DNA of 64,000 nucleotides from Vicugna vicugna (lineage: Eukaryota). Within the stretch, counting starts at the first letter, position 1; every line of letters begins with the position of its first letter. Made by a program: the position numbers and the translations under genes. The notes under the pieces are model-generated. The model worked only from the letters and a program-made list of their open reading frames with translations, searched no databases and was not told the DNA's origin. Shown piece by piece: positions 37,867 to 49,345 of this stretch. The stretch covers positions 1,358,545-1,422,544 of the forward strand of contig MU057416.1 in NCBI GenBank assembly GCA_013265495.1, in the 5' to 3' direction.

Positions 37867-38220
37867 TTTTCCTTTTCTTGCAGTTGAAGTAGAGTCGGTT
37901 TACAATGTTACCAGTTTCTGGTGCACAGAACAGTGCTTCAGTCATCTAGGAACAGACATGTATTCCTTTTCATACTCTTTTTCACTATAGGTGACTACAA
38001 GATATTGGATATAGTTCCCTGTGCTGTACGGTAGGAACTTGTTGTTTATCTGTTTTATGCGTAGTAGTTAGTGTCTGCAAATCCCAGACTCCCGATTTAT
38101 CCCTTCCCACCCGCTTTCCCCCGGTAGGCATGTTTATTTTCTATGTCTGTGAGTTGGTTTCTGTTTTACAGATGAGCTCATTTGTGTCTTTTTTTAGATG
38201 CCACAGATGAGTGATACCGT
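37867..38220 (-). mobile_element. LINE-1 3'UTR fragment
   Basis: Same family signature (gttgaagtagagtcggtttacaatg..atagttccctgtgct..tttatcccttcccacc). Confidence 0.85.
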
Positions 38221-38696
38221 TTTTCCCCATTTGTATCACTTCGGTTTGCTGTAGTGCGTGGGGTCACGGCCAGGGGAGCTGTTCACTCCACATTACGCAG
38301 TTATCCTGGTCATTGGCTGACGTTGCTCTGAACGTTTTATCTCCGTTCCCAGTCCTGAGCCAGTCCTGTGGTCCAGAGACCTCAAAGCGCTTTCAACAGA
38401 GTGTCTTGGAACCTTCAGGCCCTGTGGAGGAAGTCTGGTTTTGGATCGCAAGGGATGTGAATTTATCCTTAATCATCAAAAAGTAACTGCATCCTAGGAT
38501 CCTGCCAGAAAGTGTAGCTTGAATTCTGTGGTGCCCCCTTCTTATCAGAGCCCACGCGTGAGAGATGCTGGGAACGGGGGACGTCCAGGAAGACAGGCAG
38601 CCTGTCTGTTTCTAGGTGTTCTCGCTTGTCTTGGGCTGAGCCAGGCCATAGGGGGCCACATACTTGATTACAACACTTTGACAGCTCCTTAAGTTG

Positions 38697-39900
38697 TTTT
38701 TTTGATAACATCTTTACTGAGACGTAAATGTTCACTCATTTAAAGTGTACAATTCAATGGTTTTCGTTTTTAAAATGCAGAGTTGTACATTCAGGAGCAA
38801 AATCAATTTTAGAACATTTTTATCACCTAACCCCCGCCAAACCCCCTCAAAACCGTACCTTGTAGTTGTCACCTCTACCTGGTCTGTCTCCCCTCATCCT
38901 AAGCAACCACTAATCTGCTTTCTGTCTTTACAGATTTGCCCAATCTGAGCCTCTCAAACAAATGGAATACGTGGTCCTTTGTGACTTGCTTCTTTCACCA
39001 CTTGACATGGTATTTTCAAAGTTCATCCAGCCTGTAGTGCGTATCAGCACTTCACCCCTCTTAGTGGCTGAAGACTATTCCACTGTGTGGACAGTCCACG
39101 TTTTATTTATCCATCCACCAGCTGATGGACACCTGGGTGCCTCCCACGCTTGGGTATTGTAAATAACGCAGCCAGAGGCGTTCACGTACAGGTTCTGTGT
39201 GGACATATGTTTTCGTTTCTCTTGCATGTAAGGCTCAGAGTTGAACTGCAAATAGTCTCGTTATGTCTAAATTTTTGAGGAGCTGCCGGTTATTTTCCGC
39301 GGCCCCCGTGTGTCTGCCCAGCGGTCCGAGGCCCCAGCCCGCCATCGCCTCTGACCACGGCGATCATCTGACGGTGACGCAGCCATCCTGCTCACAGTGA
39401 GTGCTGCCTCGCCGGGGCTTCCGTGTTAATTTCTCTGACAGCTGACGGTTCTGAGCATCTTTCCGTGAGCTGCTGGCTGCTTACATATTTCCTTTGGGGA
39501 AACGCCTGTTCTGATCCTTCGCCCTGTTGTTCCAGCGGGGCTGTCGGTCTCTTTATTACTGAGCTGTAGGAGTTCATTACAAGTTCTAGGAAAAGCTCCT
39601 TCTGTTTGCGAATGTTTTCTCCCGTTCTCCGGGCAGGCTTTTTGCTCTTCGCTTTTCCTTTGAAGCACAGAAGCTCTCCGTGCCGCGGACTCCAGTGACT
39701 GATGGGTGGTCGTTGTCTGTGCGTTGCTGTCCCGTAGAAGAACCCGGTGTCGAGTCTAAGGTCACAGAGGTTTACCTTGCATTTTCTTCTAACAGTTCTC
39801 TAATGCGAGCTCTTGACTTTCAGGTCTTTGATCCATTTTGAGTTAATTTTTGCATTTGGTGTGAGGTGAGGGTCCAGCTTCCTTCTTTTGCAGGCGGCCA
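38697..39900 (-). mobile_element. Old L1 (L1MB-like) 3' end and ORF2 remnant
   Basis: tttaaagtgtacaattcaatgg, aatggaatac, catccaccagctgatggacac, tctttgatccattttgagttaatttttg; minus-strand peptide KLDPHLTPNAKINSKWIKDLKVK is L1 ORF2. Confidence 0.85.
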
Positions 39901-42289
39901 TCCTGGAGCTGCTTTCACCAAAGAGCACTGTTTGCATTAGAGGAGACGGCTCTGTGGGACACAACTCTGTATGCTTGGAAGGAGTGCGGTTGGGAACAGT
40001 GTCCACTACATCATGAACGTAGCCTAAATGGAGAGCCATGAAAGAGATTTTTCCCAGGCCTTGATTCCAAGCACCTTTGTATCTGTGCGTACAGTGAATT
40101 TGCCGCAGAGCGGGATGCGTTTTTCTTTGGCAGCCGAGAAAGCTCTGGCCCAAATGTGCAGCCCACCTCTACTCACACGTGTGCTTAGGACGGATGCTTT
40201 GTGCGCGGGGCTGGCTCTGGCTTCATCCTATTTCCTGCTGTCCCGCCCCTCTGGCCTCCTCGCCTGCTTTACCTGCATTCTGCTGTGTCACATGTGTCTC
40301 TGGAGCCACACCTAATCATTTTTTGAAACCAAATGAGGTAGAAGTAAGTAAGTTTTTAAAAAAAAACTTCCAAAAAATTTTATCTTTTAGTATTTCTTGA
40401 ATTTTACGTCATACTGTGGTTGCTTGTTAATGTGCGCAAATTCCGTACTAGAAATTCGTGGGCAAATATATAGTCCTTTCCACCCTGAGGGCTCCCCACC
40501 CCCCACCCCGCCATGGTTCAATATCCTAAATGAGTGTCTATTTAAGATCTATTAAATGATTGGGTGAATGAGTGAGGGATGGGCAGGTGGGTGAGTGGCT
40601 GACCAGTTGGAGAGTGGACGTGGCCCGGCTGGAGGCAGACCGTGGGCCTCCTGCTTCTGTTGCAGGAAGCACAGGAAAAGCCCGACCTCGGCACAACAGT
40701 CCTGTGGCCCCCGCGTGGCACTCACACCCCACCTTCCCTGCTTCCTGCCCTCACGTGTCTGTCGCCTGCTTCGGGATCACCCAAGTTCCTACTAACCACG
40801 TAGATTCCCCGTTTATAGAGAGAAGGAAGGATGTGTAAGAACCCCAGAACATTAATGCAAGACCATCCAGAGCCACATTTCGTCTTTTTCTAAAATTTGC
40901 CTATGGTTGGTTTTGCCAAGAAATGAACCCAATTGTGTTAAAATTCTATGAGCTTGAAGGTTCAGGGAGCTAGCTTCTATTTATTGTACATTCCATGAAT
41001 ATTGTTGGCTTATAATCAGGGAGAGCTATTCCTGTAAGAAATGTGACACAAAACCAATAATTCCTATAAGCAAAGGTTAATTTTAGGGATCCTCTACATA
41101 TAGACTTGAGACGGCTGGTTTGCCTGGAAAAGCAGGTGAAAGGGTGATTTTGGCAGCTTTATTCTTTGTCCGGGTCCTGACAGTGTCTGCCTGGAGGCCA
41201 GGCCAAAGTGTGAAATCGAAGAGAAATAGCAGGCAGGTGGCCAGAGCCTCAGAGATTGGATAGAAAGGAATTCTTTTCCTTTTGACTTGGGACAGTGAAA
41301 CCTGATTCTCTCTTCTGCATTTGAAGACGTATTTTTTGGCATACTCTTAGTACTAGCAAATAACACTCTTTTAACTGGAAAAACTCCAAAACAATCATCT
41401 AGAAACCAAACCTTGCAATCCTTATTCTTTCCTTATGTCAGCCTGGGTCATTCATGTTTTGAAAGCAGCTTCAGCAAAATCCCCTGATTTCGATTTTAGT
41501 AAGATAACTGTTCATTCATTCTTTCTGACCGAACATTACTAAGCCAGACTCATCGCCCAGTCCCTGTTGTGCGTCCAGAGCTGGACGTCCCCTTGGGCCC
41601 CAGCTAGACAGACGTGCACCTCGGGGTGCAAGACACTGAAACAGACTGGAACACATGTCTTTGAGAACCCCTGCAGTGGGACCTGCGTGAGCTCGCTAAG
41701 GAAAAGACCAGTGAACTTAGAAAGTCTAGATTTGGAACAAAAGCTGTGTCTATACACTGGCTGTAGCAGGGAAAAACCAGAAGCAACTAAACGTCCAGTG
41801 ATGAAAGTATCATTGAACGAGTTATTTCACCCAAATGGTAGCGTTAGGCAGTCATTAATTTTTCAAAGAATTTTTAGCAACTTGAAAATTTGCTTCGGAG
41901 AGATACAAAAGACAGAAGGGATTAGGACAAAAGAGAGTAGAGAGTGTGACCCCAGTTAGATGAATATACTGAGACTGGAAAAGGTGGAAAGGGCGTGGTC
42001 AGAACAGCAGTGGGGACTTTCTCTAGTTGTAGAATTGTCTGTTATGTCCATTGTCTTCTTTCTGTTTTCCCAAATTTCCTAATCTTTTTCCAGAAATAAC
42101 CCCACCAGCCTGTAAGTCGCTGTATTTCTTCAGGTGTCTGGTTTGTAAGTTATTTTCAGCACGTGTGCTAACGAAGCAAGTGCTGAGAGTGAACTCTGAA
42201 GCCTGAGCTGGACACGTTAAATTACCGTGTTTCCTATTATGATCTCCTTTCCTAGTGTCCATGGCCCCAGCCTCTTGGCTCTTACCTCA

Positions 42290-42460
42290 GTTAGGGGTTC
42301 CCCATCGTAGTGGTCCATGGCCCCCAGCACGCCCCAGCCTCCTCCGGTCCAGGATTCACCAAGTAGGTCTGCAATAGGTCCGGGAACCTGCATGCTTAAC
42401 AGGCACGCCTGGTGACCGTGCGCAGGTGCCAGGTGGTCTGCCTAACACGAACCACGCTTA
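42290..42460. mobile_element. MER5-like hAT remnant
   Basis: gtaggtctgc..ccgggaacctgcatgcttaacaggcacgcctggtga. Confidence 0.55.
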
Positions 42461-44984
42461 AACCTCTCAGTCTCACCCCCGCGTGCCTGTTTTCTTTCTA
42501 CGCATTGTGCCAGCTGTGACTTTTCCCTGGAGTGGGGCACGATTGTATCCCAGCTTCCGACCTCCCTTAGCCGTGGCGTTAGGAATTCCTGGTGGGAGTC
42601 TGGTCCCAGCAGCCACGAGAGCAAGTCGTGTGCCGGGGGATCAATTCCCCCGCTGTCTGCTGGGTCCAGACATCCCCGCCCACTCCCGCCTCCCTTCACC
42701 TGCTCGGGACACGGGTTCCTCTTTGGAAACTTGAGGAAGGGTCCCTTCTTTATAAATTGAGCCACTAGTTAAGTGGCTTTAAGCAAGTAGTCCACTCCTG
42801 CCGAGCCTCAGTTTCCTCGTCTGAGTAAGGAGGGTGGGAGCTTGCACGATAGCAGTGATGACCAGGAACAGTGTAAGGGAAATACTGTCAGGGAGCGGGC
42901 AGCCCTCAGGACAGCGTTGTGGTGACTGTGACGGGGATGACGGTCGGCTGAGATGCCAGACAAACTCAAAGCCTGGCTGTGGAGCCCACCTAAAACATAG
43001 TCGTGTCTGGATGTGCAGGCAAGACTGACTCTGAGGCTGGGACTCTCCCCATCAAAACACCTCATAATTGTCACTGTATTTTGCAAAAACCAATGAACCT
43101 CGTTGAGCTAAACCAAAACATATTTAAGAAATAATGCTCATGGCAGTAGGGTATAAAACATAATGAACTGCTTTTTCAGGTGATTAAACAAGCGAGTGAA
43201 GCTGAGACATGGGGACCCACAGATGTGATGGCTGTGTCGTTATTAACCAGGGCGAGGGAGACAGCAAAGCGCAGAGGAGAGGCGGATCGTGTTTCTAGCT
43301 CGTGACCGTAGGGACCGGGTGTGGATGGAGCGCACATGTGCACACTTATACACACGCGCGCACACACACACTGAAGGGACCTCAGCTGACAAATCCTGGA
43401 CGACATGTCAGTATTTCAGTGTCATACTGGGTCATGTGGTGCCGCTCAGACTGCGTTAACCAAACCCTTGACGCCGTGGGTCTTCACGGCAGAAGAGGCT
43501 GCCTTACCCAGTCCATCCAGTACAGTCAGACGGCAGAACATGAAGGGTCTAATCCCAAAATATACTTGCAAAGACAGCTGTGAAAGGGCTACTAACCAAA
43601 AATACACAGGAAAAGGCAAGGGAAGGGAAACTGACCAAAATACGGAGAGGAAAAAAGGGAGCCAAAATTAAGGAAAGAAAATGGACGAAAAGTGACAGCA
43701 CTAGTTAAAGGCAAACTCAGCGCTGATGACAACTATGCCACTACGTGCTCATCAGCAAGCACCCACGCCTGCCTGCTGGACGCCTGGCAGCGTGACAGGT
43801 GGACGGTGCGGGGGAGACAGACCCTGCCCTGCATTTATTGTTGAAGTGGGGAGACAGGTGTAGGACGCCTAGAAGTACTGGGAGGCACTCACTTGTTCAG
43901 TCAGCAGTCATCACCGCCACCACCGCCACCACCACCATTTCACCTCACACTCTCCCCTGGATCCTTGCCAAAGAGGTTTAAATATGCTTGCTTCTCTCAT
44001 CTCAACAAAAACCCCAAATCGGAAGCCTTTCCTAGACCGCCCTTCTGCAGCCTTTCCTCTCTTCCCCTTTACAACTGAATTTGTGGCGTCATCTGTCCTC
44101 TTGTTTATTTCTTCACCTCCCACTCACTCCCGGCTCACTTTCGCACTGCTTCCATCCCTTCACCCCCAGGCAGCTCCCACTGAACACGATCTCCTCAAGC
44201 TCGTGGCCACATTTGAGGTCATGTCTTACTTGGCCTTTCCTTGAAACATCTTCCTCGGCTTCAGTGACACCAGGCCCCCTCCTTTCCTTCGGTACCAGAG
44301 CAAACCCACAAAAGCATCCTGGTGTTCACTTCACACGCTCAGAGGAGGGGACAGATGGTCACCACTCCTTCCCCTCTGCATCCTCAGATGTCCTTCCATC
44401 CAAAAAGCCCAGAGCCCAAGCTGTCCTTGCCCCGTGGGTTTCTCCCCGGGTGAGATGACTGTTTCTATGTTAAGAATTAATACTGGTAAACCACGGTCAG
44501 GCCCCCGAAGATTGCAGCAGAGGGAAGAGAGGTTTTGAGGCTGGGAAAGGAGCCTAGAAACTTTCCTCCCCCATCACCCTCTTCTTCCCCCCACCCTAAA
44601 TTTTAGGGGGCTCCCATCTACCTCGTTATGTAAGAAAAGGAAGCAGTGATCACCCTCACTGTAACTCAGGAAACGGGAGCTAAAATAGCAATACTTTAAC
44701 CTTTGGAAGGATTTTGAACAGGAGAGAGAAGTGGTCTAAATGCTTTGCAAATCAACACATCTTTGTTCAATTAAAGATTTTAGAACAGTATGTAACCATC
44801 TAGATTTGTCTCAAGACATAAATGACTCAGATCAGAGTTTGTAGAAAATGAGATCATTTTTTTTCCATAAAAAGAAATAGCGCAGTATCCTGGGATGCCA
44901 GAATTCAGGAAGCTGGAGTTGGAATCCAGACTTTATCTTTCCGGCTCCTTCTCAGCCTCCTTCTCCCTCCCCCAAGCGCTAAAT

Positions 44985-46400
44985 GCTGGGACTTCTCAAG
45001 ACTCGTCCCAAACACTGCACTTTACTCACCCTGAAACCTCCCTTGAGGCTGTCACAGCCCGATGACCGTCACATCTTTACCTCTGACCCTGATCACTTAC
45101 CTGAGCTCCAGACACAGACACCAAGCTCCCTGCTGGACATCTCTGTGTGCTTGTCTCAAAGCACATCCAGCTGGTCCTCTTTCAGGTCTCCCTCTGTCAG
45201 GACATACACTACCTTCCACCCACTTCTGGGAATCAGGAACTTTGTCCCAATCCTGACAACTTTACCTCCTAACTATGTGCCTAGTCTGTCTGCTTCTTTC
45301 CACCTGCTCCACCATCACCATCACCACCACACTATCACCATCATCACCACTGCCACCATCATCAACACCGTCACCTCCACCATGACCACTACCATCACCA
45401 CCACCACAATCTTCCTGCCATCACCACCACTACCATCACCACCACCATGATCTCCCTGCCATCACCATCACTATCATCATCACCATCACAATCATCACCA
45501 CCACCACTACCATCTTCATCACCATCACCACCATCATCATCACCATTATCACCACTATCACCATTACCATCATCACCATCACAACCATCATCACTATCAT
45601 CACTACCACCATCACCACCACCATCACCACCACCACCATTAGCACCATCACCACCACTAAGCGACCACCATCACCATCATCACCTCCACCATCGCCGCCC
45701 TAGCTCACACTTCCACAATCCCTCGACTAGGCCACTGCAGTAGCATCCAGCTGGTCTTCCTGAGTCCATTCAAGCCCTTCCTTCGTGTGTTCTTCTCAAG
45801 CAATAGTAACAGTCTTTACAAAATTCAGATCATATCACTCACTGTTTATCGTTCTTTAATATACCCCCATTGTTCTTGGGGCAAATACTCAAATGCTGAA
45901 CCTGGTCTGCTAAGCCCGGTGGAGCCTGACCCCGCTGTGCCCTCTGCCCTCCCTCCCTGTGCTCCTGCCTGCTGTCAGCTGCAGCCACACTGAGTGTCTT
46001 TCAGTGTCCCCAGTGCGTCATGCTCTTCTCAGCCACAGGGCCTCTGCACATGGGTTCCCTCTCCCTGGAGCGCCCCATCCCCAATAGTGAACCCTTAACT
46101 GTTTCACCTTTCAGCCCAGGTGTCACTTCCCTAGGGCCCTGGGGCTGGACCAGGTGGGGGTCGCTGCAGCATCCTCCCACAGGGCTGAGCATCCCTTTGC
46201 TTCACAGCATTCGTCCAATGTAATCTAGCCGAATCCAATTTTAATTACACATTTCTTCCTATACCTTGTTTTATTTTGCGACATGTAGGCTGCAAACTCC
46301 ATGAAAACAGGAGTAACGTCTGGTTGGTTCACCCTTATGTTCCTAGCACGTGTCGTTATCACCTAGCGCTTTGAAGGCACTCGGTTGAATATTCACCACA
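44985..46400 (+). mobile_element. LINE-2 remnant interrupted by a trinucleotide expansion
   Basis: ctgagctccagac..ctgctggacatctc; actgcagtagcatccagctggtctt; aaactccatgaaaacagg..cctagcac. Confidence 0.7.
45310..45695. repeat. Imperfect (CAC/CAT)n trinucleotide expansion
   Basis: About 385 bp of caccat/catcac/caccac. Confidence 0.95.
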
Positions 46401-47377
46401 AAAAGACATAGCACGTTCATTTGAATAACCATAAGGTGTCCCATAGTAACCTGAAGTGTCGTCATATACTTCCCCTTTCTCCTCTCAGTTCTTTTCCAAA
46501 TTTTCCTAAGTCTCTCTTACATTTTCTCACTTCCTTTGCCTCTTCTAGGTCTTCTCAGCTTTGCCTCTGCTATCAGAGACCTCATCTGAGAGCACTCAGA
46601 GGGAGCCCAGTGCCCCCTTTAAACTAGTCCCCGCGCGTTGGAGTCTGCGGACTCAAGTCCATGGGAAAACACCAGTTGTGACCTTCTGCTTTGTGTTTTT
46701 CCTACCGAGTGAATTTCCACTAGTTCCCCCCCACCCCCACTGGCAATGAGATCCCCCATCAACTGGGGAGGACAGTGGGTCCCGAGGACCCATCCACACC
46801 AGCGGCTGCTTCCTTCTACTTTAGGAAGATGTTCACTCCTTTAGGAGAGGTTGGATCTGGTCAGTGATGAGTTGGTGGTGTCTCCGTTGTGACCCCATCT
46901 CCAAAATGCCCCATCCACCAACTTTCCACCTGGGGCCCTATCGTGCACCCCCGAGCCTCCTGTGCATCTCCGCTGAAGCACGCCCCGCCCCGTATTTAAG
47001 ACCTTACTTGTGGTTAGCTGTCCAGCGTCGCGTCTGCCTCTCCCAGGATTAAGGCCCACAGCGGTTGCTGGCTGCACCCACAGTGCCTGGCACGAAGCAG
47101 ATGTTCAGTGAGTAACAGAGTGAATGAATACGATTTACCTGAGGTAAAGTTTTGATGGCTTGTTTTTACTTGGTTGCATGTTTCTCTAGGCAACTAAATA
47201 ACCACATTAAATGGTGTAATTGCTGTGCATCAAATCTTGTCATTAAACATCAGCAATCCTAACACTGTGTGTTGATTATGTAGAGTCATTACACTCATAA
47301 TCACTCAAATAGAATCTGTATTATTTAGAGAAATGCAAAGAAATGTAGGTACAACTACCTTTTACATGAATCCTCAC

Positions 47378-47509
47378 TTTTTTTTCGGGGCGGGGGGTGT
47401 AATTAGGTTGGGTTTTTGTTTTTGTTTTTTAAGTGGAGATGCCAGGGGTTGAACCCAGGACCTCGTGCATGCTAAGCACGCGCTCTACCACTGAGCTCTA
47501 CCCTTCCTC
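47378..47509 (-). mobile_element. tRNA-derived SINE (Vic-1-like)
   Basis: gttgaacccaggacctcgtgcatgctaagcacgcgctctaccactgagct. Confidence 0.92.
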
Positions 47510-48960
47510 AGTCTTACTTATCTTTTACTTCACAACATCCTCTAAAACATTGGCCCACATGCCTGTACACACAACATGCACACAGACACACACATCCTCT
47601 TGGTAAAAACAACTGGCAGAGTACTTTCAAAACTTGTGTTAAACTGAACTAAATTAACTTAGTCTCTAATTTTAAGAGGTACAAATAGACACTTCACATG
47701 AAACACACACTGAAGAGTTAATTTTTTATTTACACAGGGGTGACCACAGATATTCACATGAGCTGAAGGGTATGCCTGAGAGCTGGTGCAAGACACAGAA
47801 CTTCCCGAGGTGGTTTTTTTGCACTAACTCGTGATTTTCTTTTATCACTAACACAAATATTTAAGTTTATTTCTACATCTTGGAGTAACAGGACGCTAAA
47901 TGTATTTAGAAAATGGTTAAAAATTACCTTGAGCGGGCAGGCTCTGGGCACATTTTATCAGTCCTATTTTGCTCAGTTCTGTGCTCGCTCATCCTGGGAT
48001 AGAATGTTGCACGTTCGGGAGCGGAGAGGGTGCCTCAGACGCAGCGAGCCCGGGCAGGTGGGAGTGTTCCTCACCCGCCTCGCTGTCCCCCTCTGATCCC
48101 ATCTGCGTCCAGCCCCACGGGGCCCCACCTGGCAGTGCTCTTCACAGTGTGCTGTTTCGATGGAGGGCTGGCCCCTCGGGTTTGTCACGATTCTCAGACA
48201 CCTAGGCTCCTGGAAGTTGTCTCGTCGTCTGCTTTCTTGAGTCCCTTTTGTCCCCATTTCTAAAAAACGTGGGAAGTAGTGTTGCTTGTCGCTACAGACT
48301 ATGCCATGAATGCACAGAATGAAGAATTAAAATTAACCACAAAGGAGAAAAACAAAATACAGTTAGACTGCATTTAAATAGTAGACAGGTGATATTTTGA
48401 AATTAATTTCATCAAAAATGAGATCAATATACCACTGTTTTATAATCCCTAAATAGCCTTAGTGCTTATGTTTGAAGTTGCCAGTATTTAAAAATCCTGA
48501 TGTTGTCGCATCCCCGCATCCAGCGGTTTCCTTAAGCAGTGGAACGAGCTTCAGTGGCTGGTTGGTTGGCTCCTGATGCAGGCCTTGCCCCAAAAGCCTG
48601 AAGGGGCTCAAAGGTGAAGACAGCGGCTCTTGCTCTGAAGAAGGTACCGGCTGCTCAACGGTGACAGACGTAACTGTAACATGAGCAGAATTTCAGAATT
48701 ATAAGTGAGAATCACTGCGACAGAATACAGGAGTGGGCCCTTCGGCTGGACCTTGGGTACCGTCCGTGTACTAGTCTGGATTGACACTCCTTGCATCAGC
48801 CAGTTAACGTGACTTGATTTACTTAGCACTAACGATGACCGTCGGCATCCGTCTTCCCACCTGCCTATCTGCCTATCGAAAGAGGAGTGTATGTAATAAA
48901 CGGAAAGTGTAAGAGCAATTGCTTTTAGTTTTCAAATGTAAAAAAAAAGAAAAACCCTTT

Positions 48961-49105
48961 TTAGGTTCTTTTGGGAGGGAGGGGAAGTAATTAGGGTTTT
49001 AATGTTTTTGTTTATTTATTTATTTTTAAACGGAGGTGCTGGAGATTGAACCCAGGACCTCGTGCACGCTCAGTGTGTGCTCTGCCACTGAGCTACACCA
49101 ACCCC
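48961..49105 (-). mobile_element. tRNA-derived SINE (Vic-1-like)
   Basis: Full body and tail; A-rich flanking duplication ..aaaacc(c/g)tttt. Confidence 0.9.
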
Positions 49106-49175
49106 TTCAAAAAAAAAAAAACCGTTTTATAGAAAATTCTAATGAGAAAGCATCTGTTTCAGCTTGCCAGGGGCG

Positions 49176-49345
49176 TATGTAAAATAGATGAGCAACAAGG
49201 ATCTACTCTACAGCACAGGGAATTATACCCATTATATCTTGTGATAACCTACAATGGAGTGTAATCTACAAAAATACTGAATCACTATGCTGTACACCTG
49301 AAACCAACACAATCGTGTAAACCAGCTATACTTCAATTTAAAAAA
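49176..49345 (+). mobile_element. LINE-1 3'UTR fragment
   Basis: aaaatagatgagcaacaagg..agcacagggaa..gctgtacacctgaaac..tatacttcaattt. Confidence 0.85.

Noticed and set aside
44983..45743. Poly-His/Thr, poly-Ser/Pro and poly-Met/Val ORFs
   Set aside because: Translations of the CAC/CAT microsatellite.
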